Source of the DNA: Utricularia gibba
Taxonomy: Eukaryota; Plantae; Magnoliophyta
DNA length: 64,000 nt
Direction: 5' to 3'
Assembly: GCA_002189035.1 (NCBI GenBank)
Contig: CM007990.1
Location: forward strand, 1,674,001-1,738,000
Position numbers and translations under genes: made by a program. Shown here in pieces: positions 10,734-22,215 of this stretch; within the stretch, counting starts at the first letter, position 1, and each line of letters starts with the position of its first letter. Below the pieces are notes generated by a model, which had not been told where the DNA came from, searched no databases, and worked only from the letters and a program-made list of their open reading frames with translations.

Positions 10734-13700
10734 ATGGAGGAATCTTTTGGGATGGTCAAATTGAATTCCAAGAATTATCCTCTTTGGAGTTCTAAGATGA
10801 AGTTTGTATTAATTTGTAAAGATCTCTGGAATCCTGTCAGATATGGAAGCAAGAAACCAGAGAAAACATCTGATGATGATTGGAAATTGCTGCATCTTAA
10901 GGCTTGTGCATATATTCTTCTATGCATTGATAATTCTTATCATTGCAAATTCAAGGACTGTGATGAAGATGCGGAAGCATTATGGAAGAAAATTCAGGAC
11001 ACCTTTCGACCATCCAATGCTCTCAACAAAATCATGTTAGAAAAGAAGCTTGTTGACTTAAAATATAAGGATGGTGAGAGCATGGAACAACACATTGGAA
11101 ACTTCAAGGAAATCATTGATGAAATGGCATCGGTAAAAATGAATATGGAGGATGAAACCCAAGCTATAAAGCTGCTACATTCATTGCCTCCCAGCTGGGA
11201 CATTCTTGTAATAACTCTGAGTAATATTGGCTAAGAAAGCCTTGTGTATGACAACATGGCCAATGTTTTATTACAAGAAGAAATAAGAAGGAAAGGGGCA
11301 AGCAATGAAAATAAGGGCTCGTTAGCTGCTGTTGAACACAAAGGAAATGCTGGTAACTGGAAAAAAAATTACAAGAACAAGAAAAATTGGAAGGATAAGG
11401 GACAACAATCTGGAGAAAATCCATCAGTTAAATCCTCCGAAACTCAAGCTGAGAAGACATGCTTCTACTGTAAGAAACCTGGACATTTCAAGAAAGAGTG
11501 TAAATTTTAGCAAAGGGCTATACTAAAGTACATGGAGAAGGAGAATTCAAGAGAAAGCAAACTGTCAATAATGGCATTTCAGTCTGTGAATCCTCTAATG
11601 GAGAAATAATGGTGCTACTATCTGAAATCTCAAGAAAGGAAAATCAGAATATTTTGCATGTAACAGTCCCACACTCTTCACCTCAAACAGACTGGGTTGT
11701 TGATTCTGCTGCCAGTTTTCATGCCACCCCTCATAGAGAATTTCTGGTCAATTATTCAGCTGGAAATCACAATAAGGTAAAGATGGGCAATTTTGCAGAA
11801 TGTGATATTCTTGGGATCAGTGATCTATATGTCACTACAAACTGTGGCTTTAGTCTTAAGCTAGAAAATGTGAGGCATGTTCCAGCCATCATATTGAATC
11901 TACTTGCAGTAAATCAATTTGATGAGGTAGGTTATTTCAGCAACTTTGGTAAACAAATATGGAAGCTGGTAAAAGGATCGACAGTGATAGCTAAAGGTAG
12001 CCTGGAAGGAACTCTGTATCATACATGCTTGGAAACTGAAATTACTGAAACCAACATAGCAGGTACCTCAGAAATCAATCACCACGTATGGCATAAAAGG
12101 ATGGGTCATCTCTCTAACAAAGGACTTGAGTACCTGAAGAAATATGAGCTTATCAACTTTAGCAAAACTCTTCAGAATATGTGTGAAGACTGCATCATTG
12201 GGAAACATCACAAGGTTAGTTTCAAAAAGGTTTTCACATAAAGCTTTGAACTATTGAATATTGTCTATTCAAATGTTGGGGGGTTTATTGAACAAGCCAC
12301 TGAGTGGGGGAAGAGGTTTTATGTAACATTTATAGATGATGCATCTCGAATGGTCTGGATATACCTGCTGGAAAGGAAGAGTGAAGTATTGTCATGCTTC
12401 AAAATACTTCATCCTTTATCGGAAAGACAAACTGGTAAAAAGATCAAAAGATTCAAAAGTGACAATGGTGGTGAATATTGTTCTGCAAAGTGGGAAGAAT
12501 TTTGTAAATCCATAGGGATCAGAAAAATAACTACTACCCCAAAAACCCCATAACACAACATCATTGCAGAAAAGGTTCAATTGAACCTTACTGGACAAAG
12601 TGAGAAGTATGCTGAACACTGCTAAGTTACCCAAAACCTTTTGGGGGGAGGCTATTATTACAGCTTGTTTCCTATCAAATCGATCGCCCAAAAAAGCACT
12701 GAATTACTTAACTCCGTATGAAGTATGGACAGGGAAGAAACCAAACTTGAAATTTTTAAGGATTTTTGACTGCAAAGCCTATGTTCATGTCTCAAAGGAT
12801 CAAAGGCAAAAACTTGATAATAGGTCAATCCCCTGTGTATTTCTGGGATATGGAGAAGATCAAATGGGTTATCGAGTATGGGATCCTATTGCCAACCGGA
12901 TTTTAAGATCAAGGGATGTGAAATTTCTAGAAGATCAAACTATTCAAAACATTGATGTGCAACCAGCAAGAAGGGAGGTCCAGGTATCACTCAAATCTGT
13001 TTTCTCTAACTCTGATTTTATGCAGAATCTGGACAGCACATCAGAAAATAATGAGGAGCACCAGAGGGAAGTTACTGATGCAGATAATCAGCAACTAAGG
13101 AGGTATTCTAGAACTCGGTTTCCATCCATGAGATATCCATCAGACGATTATATCCTGATATCAGATGAAGGAGCACCAGAAACCTTGAAAGAAGCTCTTG
13201 TTATGATAGATAAACAAAAATGGTTGGATGCTATGAAGGATGAGATGAATTCTCAACTGATTAATGATACATATGATCTAGTTTCACTACCTGCTGGCAA
13301 GAAGACACTAGAAAGTAGATGGATTTTTACTCTCAAGAAAAATGCTGATGGATCTACCAAACACAAAGCTAGGATTGTAGTTAAAGGATTTAGACAACAA
13401 GAAGGAGTGGATTTTGACGAAATCTTCTCACCAATGGTAAAGCTTGTCAATGTCAGGTTAATCTTAGCTCTAACTGCACACTTTGATTGGGAACTCGAGC
13501 AACTGGATATCAAAACTGCCTTCTTACATGGTGATCTCAAAGAAGAGATTTATATGAAGCAGATTGAAGGCTTCATTCAGAAGGGGCAAGAGCACTTGGC
13601 ATGTAAACTAAAAAGGAGTCTTTATGGACTCAAGCAGGCTTCTAGACAATGGTATTTGAGGTTTGAAAGCTTTATGACATCCCAACAATTTCAGAAAACC

Positions 13701-14721
13701 AATGGAGATCAATATGCTTACTAGAGAAAATATGGTTCTAATGATTATCTATTTTTGCTCCTGTACGTAGATGGCATCTCCAAATAAGGTGAGAATCGTC
13801 CAGCTAAAGAAACAAATGGCCTCTGAATTTAGTATGAAGGATCTCGGTTATGCCCAAAGAATTTTAGGAATTAACATTACCCGAGATAGATTAAAGAAGA
13901 CATTGTCCCTCTCACAGGAGAGGTATATTGAGCAGCTGTTAAAAAGGTTCGGATTGAGTGATGCAAAGGCTGTGATGGGACCTGTGCCATCACACCTTAA
14001 ACTATCAAAAGAAATGTCCCCGAAAACTGAACAAGAAATGCTGCATATGAAGGATCAGCCTTATGCTTCTATGGTAAGTTCAATTATGTACCTTATGGTA
14101 TGTACTAGGCCAGATATAGGATTTGCCTCCAGCATTGTTAGTAGATACATTTAAGACCTTGGCAAGCAACATCTGGAAAGTGTAAAGTGGCTATTACGGT
14201 ACCTAAAAGGGACTAAGGATTGCAAGCTCTCTTACAAATTAGACTCTATAATTCCTAGAATCTATATTGATGCAGACTTGGGCGGAGATACTGACACTAG
14301 AAGGTCAACTACAGGCCTGGTTACCATAGTTGCTGGTGGAGCTGTAACTTGGAGCTCAAAACTTCAAAAGGTTATTGCATTGTCTACGACAGAGTCTGAA
14401 TACATGGCCTTGACTGAGGCCATCAAAGAAGCCTTGTGGACAGGAAGGATACTGTCAGAATTGGGATTGTCTGAAGGGAGACCTCTAGTACTCTGTGATA
14501 GTCAAAGTGCAATACACTTGAGAAAAAATTCTACCTTCCATGCCAGAACTAAGCATATTGACATGAGTTGGCATTGGATACGAGAAGTGTTGAGAAGTGA
14601 TGAAATCAAACTAGAGAAGGTAGACACAGAAAGTAATGCAGCTGACATCCTTACCAAGTTGCTCTCATCTTCAAAGCATAAGTGTTGCATGAAGATGATG
14701 GGTCTCATAGTTACCGGATGA
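10734..14721 (+). pseudogene. Copia gag-pol polyprotein pseudogene (stops and frameshifts)
   Basis: Seven ORF fragments: gag; CFYCKKPGHFKKEC Zn knuckle; protease WVVDSAASFH; WHKRMGH; integrase FIDDASR/SDNGGEY; RT QLDIKTAFLHG; RNase H CDSQSAI/NAADILTK. Confidence 0.93.
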
Positions 14722-14742
14722 TCCAACTAACAGATTTCAGCT

Positions 14743-14753
14743 GAAGAAGGGGA
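14743..14753 (+). other. Polypurine tract of Copia element 1
   Basis: GAAGAAGGGGA immediately before the 3' LTR. Confidence 0.85.
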
Positions 14754-14755
14754 TT

Positions 14756-15310
14756 TGTGGGCTGGAGATGCTAATAAGACAGCCCAATAATCTAGCTGAA
14801 ATGGACTCTGCCCAATATCAGAATGAACAATTGATTGGACCTCGACGGTTATGAAAATAACTGAAAGAAAGAAGAAAAACGCAGTTTTGGCTCTGCCTCT
14901 TGTGGTAGTTGCACAGAGTAGGAAGTTCAGAAGAAAAGAAAGGCAGGAGCAATTTTCTTTTTACTCAGATTATCCCGATGACATTTCGATCTTGATCAAA
15001 TAGAAGAGAGGACGACAACCAATTCTCCTTAAGGTTTTTGTTCCTTTATGAATCTGGTTGTATTAGTTTGCTTGAATATTCAAGCTGATTTCAGAGCTGT
15101 TTTGCTCTTGTACTCAGACGTTGCTTTAGTGAAGTTTCTCAGACCTGGTGAGGATTCACCCATGGTTTTTTCCCATAAGGGTTTCCACGTTAAAAATTGC
15201 CTTGTGTTCTTTACTGCTTTAGCAAAAGAAGAGAAAATCAATTAATCAAGATCAGGCGTGTTCTTGCTGTTTGGCAGTTTTTGGTGTTCTTTGAAGTTTT
15301 TGATCCTAAA
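14756..15310 (+). repeat. 3' LTR of Copia element 1 (555 bp; terminal CA mutated to AA)
   Basis: Begins TGTGGGC, ends GATCCTAAA, followed by TSD CGAGG. Confidence 0.95.
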
Positions 15311-15629
15311 CGAGGGTGTGGTAACTTCTTTATTGTAGAAAGAATTATATTGAAGAAATGTTGAAACATAGAAAAGTGTGGAAACGAAGAACACTCTTTG
15401 ATATGGTGAGGGACCATTTTGGGGACACTCTCAAGAACATCATAGTAGGAAAGAGCATGACAAATCCAAGCTTAGAAATCAATCCCAAGAATCTAAAGGA
15501 TAGTATAGTAAGAAGCGAGTTGTGATCATGCTTCTAATGTGGGAAGAAAGGCCATTTGAAAAGGATTAATATTGATATAAGAGATATTAGTGAGACATTG
15601 CTTACATTGTGAGCTATTTGAATCCGGTT

Positions 15630-18600
15630 CGTTGGAAAACAACAATGAACGTGTAAATAAATGATGTTGCATCGATACTCACTTGAATAAAGGAATTTCA
15701 CTACCAAACATCACATGTAAAAATTGTACCCTAATTTATAATGCCTCCTTATATCTGATGCAGATTTAAGCAAATATCCTTAACATATACAAACAAATTT
15801 ATTCATGATTTAACACTCCCCCTCAAACAAGGAAGATGATGGCCATGATAGAGTTTGCCCCTCAAGTACTCGAAACGATTCTTGTTGATGTCCTTCGTGA
15901 ACAAATTACCCAATTGCTTAGTGGAACTGATATGCCCTTCATTAACAAAGTACCTAATGAAGTGGTGGTCAATTTCAATGTGCTTTATATGATCGTGGGA
16001 GATTGGATTTGATGCAATAGCAATTGCACTCTTGTTATCACAATAAATACGAGAAGTTCCACTATATCATAGAACGGAATGTACTAATTTTTTAATCCAG
16101 ATCAGTTATGCAGGTATTATAGCTAGAGATCGATACTTTGCCTTTGTACTTGACCTTGCCATTATTTTCCTCTTTATGCTCTTCCAAGCTATTAGAATAT
16201 TCCCAACATAAATACAAAAATCATTTACTGATCACCATGTTTCCATGTCTGTTGTCAAATCTACATCATAAAATCCCAAAAGCAAAGACATTGATAGTTG
16301 CTTAACATCTTATACAAGGTAATTCCATCATAAACTTCCATCTTATGTACTTTAGTATCCATTTCAGAGAGGCAATGTTTGTGTTATGAGGGATTATACA
16401 TATGTTGGTAGGCTCGATTGACACTATATGTAATATCAGGTTTGGTTAGAGTTAAATATTGCAATGCTCCTATCAAACTTCTATATCTCTCAGGATGTAA
16501 TAAAGAGGGTGACTTCAAATCTGATGAGTTTTTAGTTGTATTGGGAGTTGCAATGGGTTTGCAGGAGTCCAAATCTACTTTCTGTAATATATCTAAGGCA
16601 TGTAGTTACTCTATCTCATTCTGATCTCATTTTGTGTGCGGTCTACTTTAATACCAAGAAAGTAATGCATTGTACCAAGGTTCATGATACGAAAGGCCAA
16701 CTACAATTTCCTTTATTTGACTAATGAGGGATTTAGAACTTCTAGTGATTATTATATCATTAACGTAGGGTAGGATAATTACAATTTTATTGTCCTTTTG
16801 CAATTGGAATAGAGAGGGATCAGCTTTGCTTTCTGGAACCTCATCTTGTATAGGGCATTTGGAAAAATTTGAAACCAAGTACATGAAGCTTGTTTCAATC
16901 TATAGATTGACTTGTTTATCTTACATCCATATTGTTTTGGATCTTACACATAAAAGCCTTGTGATTACTCCATGTACACTTCTTCTTGTAATGTACCATG
17001 TAAGAATACATTTTTGACATCTATCTTATACAAAGGCCAATCACAATAAAGAACCACATATAGCACAAGTCTTATAGTCACAATTTTGAAAAGTAGGTTA
17101 AACGTCTCATAATAATCAATTCCAAATTATTGTATAAATCCTCTAGCAACCAACCTTGCTTTGTGTCGATCAAGTGAGTCATCAGATTTGAAATTGTCTC
17201 TATATAGCTATTTGTAGGTGACCAACACTATCTTTATTTTTAGACCTTTCCACACTATCCCAAATATTGTTAATGATCATGACATTTATCTTCTCTGTCA
17301 TAGCATCAATCGAGACAAGTTTCATTGCTGCTTCCTCACAATTTGATGGTACCCTATTAGTGTAGTTTTGTTTTTCTAGACCGATGATTGTAAAAGTTTC
17401 CAATGCATAGTCATGTAGATAACCTGGTAATTTTCGTGTTCGAGTTGATTGCCTCATCTCACATTCAAAAACTTCAATGGATTGGGTAGTAATAATCCTT
17501 GGAGATTCATGTATTGATTCATCAATTGAACTCATTAAGGCTATTTTATGTGGCTCTATAGGATTCACATAAGGAGTTGGAGGTTATCTAGAGCATGAGT
17601 ACTAAATCATGCAACTATGTAGGTTGGTTGTCAATGTCATCAATGTGTTCAGAAACATTCACTTTGGGTGATGATTGCATCGCAGGATGCTAGTGATGAA
17701 ATGAGAATCGATTTTCATCAAAATTAACATCTTTAGACACTAATATTCTTTGTTTCTCAACATTAGCATCAAAATCCTATTTGGTGGTCATCATACCTCA
17801 GGAAAACACATTCAACAGCTTTAGGCATGAGTTTATTTCGATACCTACCAACAACATGCACATAGGTTGAGCAATTTGGTATCCTCATATTAGAGTAATC
17901 TACGCTATTCCTATACAATTTGGCATACGATTATCACCAACAATGATTGGAGTCGATAATCAATTGATGATATAAGTCACTGTGTGATAAATTTCAGACC
18001 AAAAATATTGGCGTAGTTTGCTATGAACCAAGAATCCCAAAGTCATTTCATCGAGATATATATGCTTTCTCTCAAGTACACCATTTTGAGATAGTGTATT
18101 AGTACATGATAATTTCCAATGAATGACATAGTATACTAGATATGCTTTGAAAGCATTTGCGGTGTACTTGCCCCCACCATCACTGTGAAGGACCTTTATC
18201 CTGCAGCCAAATTGCTTTGGATGATGGAATGGAAAGATTTGAATATGTCAAATCAAAAACTTCCAATTTGTCTTTAAGTAAGTATATTCAATTATAATAA
18301 GTGTAATCATCAATGAAAAAAACATGAAATTTGGATCTTGATAGCAATGAGCAAGGCGCATAGCTATGATAACACTGTTTTTATTGTGTTTATATATATG
18401 TTTTTAAGTATGTTTTGTAGGGTTAAATGCTGTTTAGTGTGCTAAATTGTCTTCTTTTGCGTTTCCATACCTCACAAGCGGCTGCTAGCTCAGGACTCCA
18501 TTTGCTAGCCTCATTTAGTTTATTAAAATATGTTTATTGTGAAAATATGCTCAATTGGCAACAATTGAGCCGAAAATTCTAATATTTCCTTTAGTCTATG

Positions 18601-21140
18601 TTTAAGTCTTAATAGGGTAAGAGCTATTACTGTAGCAGCGCATTTTCCACGTTGACAAGTTAGAAGGGACAGAAAAGCCATTTTCCGTCGAAAGCAGCCG
18701 CCCTTTTGAAAAGATAAGATTTGAAGCAGAGATCTCTCTTTTAGAAGCCTGAGGAAAAGATGAAGCTACCCTTACTTTTGAGCTGAAAAAGGGAAAAGGA
18801 AGAGAGAGACATGGAGGCGAAAAGTAGGGTAGAGAGGATACACAGTAGCGGGGCGGGAGCAAGGAGAACTTCGTTTTTCCGGCGAACATCTCCAGTGACC
18901 TCCAAATTTACACCTCTAGACCATCTTTCCACCCAGAAACTTGATTTTCAGCAAATCTACGACCCAGAGCAACCCCTGAACATTTTATTTTCTATTTTCT
19001 GCACTTCGTTTCTGCGTTGAACTGCTACTGTTACTGTCTTTGTTTTTATGCTTTTTGTTGCATTTCCATACCTTGTTGTGAACGGGGAACTCTTTGTAAA
19101 CCTTATTTTAGCTTATGAACATATTCCTATTTAACTTTTTTGTGTTTGGTTCTAAGTTTAACATGCTTTTTACTGTTCCTACGAACCCTTGCTTTGTTTT
19201 TAAGCGTTTTAAAGCTGGGTTTAAGCCTATAGGCTCGAGTGACGCAAGAGCCACACCCTGGTATAAAACCCAATCAAGTCACTTTTATTTTATGTTTTCT
19301 GCACATTCAGGTTAATTTCAATCTCATTTCAACCCTACAACTCGTTTATTTAAGCTACTACTATTTTATGTCCTATGCACATTAGAGCTAAACTCCTAGA
19401 AAAACCCTCATGTCTTCAGTAAATGTTATAAACTTCAGGAAATTGCAACCATTTCCTGTGGATTCGACTCTTACTTGCCACAATACATTAATTCCTATGA
19501 TTTATGTAATATAATAGCTAGGTTTATAAATTTCTTTTGATGCGTTGAATGTGCTAGACTGTGACATTTAGCAAATCATTCCCAACGTTCATCAAGCCCC
19601 AAATATCAGAATGGATTAATTGAAAGAGGAAGGTAAATTCAAATGTTGAATCAGTCACTAGTTTGTGTGTGTGTGTTTGGTCACTTCACAAGTAGGACAT
19701 GAAACTAATGAGTGATGTGTGATTGAATTATCAAAGGACATCAAATATTTAAGCTTAAAAATAATATCCATGGTGCAATGGCCTAAACGACAATGCCATG
19801 CAATAGAACCAATAGGTTTGTTACAATATGAGCTAGAAAGTGCAACAATGTCTAGACAACCAATCACATAGTAGGAGGGGCTAAAAAATGGCCTGATAGA
19901 AAGAGGTGCAATGCATGGTTTCCTTCAATATAATATAGTCGTTCTTGGTGTTTTCCTTTAATGAACACTATCTGGGACAATAGATCCTTCAACAAAGCAT
20001 GAAAGAGATGAATATGCAAGTAGCATTGAAGGTTGCTACTAACAAATAAATCGACAATAGGTTGAATTTAAAAGTAGGCAGAAGCAAAACATCATGGATA
20101 ATCGGGGTCCTTTAAGAGTCATTAATTAGATGCGCGTAATGTGTATGATGTTGTGGCAAGTGTCATCTCCTATAACAACATATCCAACATCGATGTATGG
20201 GTATAAGAAAAAAATTTACCTTTTTCAAGTATGATGTGGGTTGCTGCTCCATTGTCCAAAATCTAAAAGTTTTCATTTGATCTAGATGCTTCTACTGTTT
20301 CAAATTTTTTCAAGGTGTTGTGATATTGAACCATTCTACTAGTGTTATCATGATTGATTGTGTGTAAAGCTGTAATTTCCTCATCTGTCTTGTACCTATC
20401 ATAAAAGTTAAAAGCACTATGATTAGTATGCCCACAAATCTAACAAATAACACCTGCTTGGCTATTGTAAAACCCTACTTGTTCAACATAATTGTTGCCT
20501 TAACCTCATGATTGACCGCATCATTTGTTTTTAATAAAATTTTTGCAATGTACAAATGTTTGTTGTTGTGACTAGGGTAGCCATATAAGTTTTTTACCAT
20601 GGTTTCATGGCCTGAAGTCATGTTCAATCTAACATTGTCCACTAGAAGTATAACTAGTGACCAGCATTATTTCACTAGGCATTTCCTTTTGTGTCAATAG
20701 AGGTCTATAGTATATACTTGGGTGACATTATGGATCCATCAGTATAACCTAGTTGTTTCCAACTAATAATGTAGTTGATAGTGCTTAGCTTAATATGCAC
20801 AACTTGGGTCAGCATGGTTCAAGCAGACAAATCAGCCATGTGATGTAATACACAATTACCAAATCAACCAACACAGGGTGATATTCCAACATCAACAAAT
20901 GAACAATAGAAACTAAGACTTGGAGGACAACTTACAATTCCGCTTCTAACACCATATTGGAAATCAACAATCAATGTGTAAATGGATGATGCTATGTTGT
21001 TACTCACTTGAACAAAAGAATTTCACTACGAAATGAAACACAAAAAAACTGTGCCCTAATTTACAATACCTCCTTATATCTGATGTACATTTATACAAAT
21101 GCCCTAAACATATACAAAAAGATTTATTCATGATTTAATA
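15630..21140 (-). mobile_element. Degenerate Ty1/Copia element 2 with short 186-bp LTRs
   Basis: TSD CGGTT (15625-15629 and 21141-21145). LTRs 15630-15815 and 20955-21140 (~80% identical). PPT (ctccccctcaa on +) at 15816-15826; degenerate Met PBS at 20942-20954. Remnants: AWHCRLGH, LIHSDIWG, RT HPERYRSLIGALQYLTLTKPDITYSVNR. Confidence 0.9.
18367..19594. mobile_element. Solo LTR (1228 bp, Ty3/Gypsy Athila-like) inserted in the integrase of Copia element 2
   Basis: Termini TGATAAC...GTTCATCA (imperfect inverted ends); degraded TSD AGCTA/AGCCC. Removing it restores the minus-strand frame LIHSDIWG|YAPCS. No coding domains inside. Confidence 0.75.
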
Positions 21141-21312
21141 CGGTTATGGCAAAACCAAGTCAGATTCATTGAGAGGCAGCTAAGTGACTGCTTTGCTACC
21201 TAACAAAGACTGGTGACCTTGGGTTATGCTTTGGTTCCAAGTTGTGTGAGTCTCAAGTGAATGTGGATTCTAACCTAGTTGGAGATTTTTACACCAGAAG
21301 ATCCACCACTAA

Positions 21313-21524
21313 GAATCTGTTTGGTACAGCTTCTTCTTCAATAGAAGCATTTCTAGAAGCGATTTTCAAACAAAACACGTGTTGCTTCTGCTTTACATGA
21401 AGCTGAAATAATGAAGTGCTTCTATTTTTTTAGAAGTTGGAGTACCCTTGCTCCAAAAAAAACTGATGCGTCTCTAGAATCACTTTATTTGAAGTTATTT
21501 TTTAAAGCGATACCAAACAGACCC
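21313..21524. mobile_element. Tourist-type MITE (212 bp) inserted in the RNase H remnant of the host Copia
   Basis: TAA TSD both sides (21310-21312, 21525-21527); TIRs GAATCTGTTTGGT / ACCAAACAGACCC. Removal restores RRSTTKLVTMLGG. Confidence 0.85.
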
Positions 21525-21962
21525 TAAGTTAGTCACCATGTTAGGAGGAGTAAAAATGTCCTGGATTTCTATTCTTTAGAAGAGTGTAGCTCTCTCTTCC
21601 ACTGACGTAGAATACATGGTGTTCATTGAAGTTGAGAAAGAAGTTGTGTGGCTTAACAAATTTCTCTAACAATTAGGTTTTCAATCTTAGGATATGTGCA
21701 GGTTGTGTGATAATCAAAGTGTCATAGCATTGCATAAACATGTTGCATGTAATTCTAGAATGAAGCGCATTGATATATGATACCATTGGGTTCAAGAAAT
21801 GTTGAAAGAACACAAATTGGATCTGGTGAAGGTGAAAAAAGAGAATAATGTTACTGACATGATGACAAAAATTCTAACCTTTTCAAGACATGTGTTGAGT
21901 AAAGAGGCTGGTTTAATCCTACAATGTTAAACACAAATATACTTCAAGTCTAATGGAGTAAT

Positions 21963-22215
21963 TGTTGTCAAAATGTTTTTTTTTTTGTCTTGATACACTT
22001 TTTAGGCACTCATACACTCAAGCAGCACAAAAACAATTGGTGTGCTCAATAGTATTTATTGTTTGAGTTGGATGCAACTTCAAAAGGAAGCTTTTTGAGT
22101 TCAACTCTCATAGGGCTATTCATTTAATATCAAATCAACAACATATCTCAAGAAACAACCACATAGCTGTCTTGTTTTTTGACACCAACCTCATAACACA
22201 CATCAATAATCAACA
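21963..22215 (+). repeat. Putative 3' LTR of the host Copia (253 bp)
   Basis: TGTTG...CAACA termini just after the end of the RNase H remnant and a purine-rich degenerate PPT. No second copy in the window. Confidence 0.45.

Larger units (their letters stand above)
10120..15310 (+). mobile_element. Structurally complete Ty1/Copia LTR retrotransposon (Tork/TAR-like), coding region disabled
   Basis: 5-bp TSD CGAGG (10115-10119 and 15311-15315); two ~556-bp LTRs; PBS and PPT present; gag-PR-IN-RT-RH domain order. Confidence 0.96.
10005..22215 (+). mobile_element. Old, internally deleted Ty1/Copia element acting as host for nested insertions
   Basis: With insertions removed, the pieces rejoin in frame: gag MSLDEKIHVIQLIDTFHDSWKTLVIMFSSSPSGGLKYE|GVVTSLL (10005-10119 + 15316...), Zn knuckle CF*CGKKGHLKR (15529), RT end DIAYIVSYLNP|VMAKPSQIH*EAAK (15594-15629 + 21146...), RNase H RRSTT|KLVTMLGG...ALSSTDVEYM, candidate LTR TGTTG...CAACA at 21963-22215. 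Confidence 0.75.
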
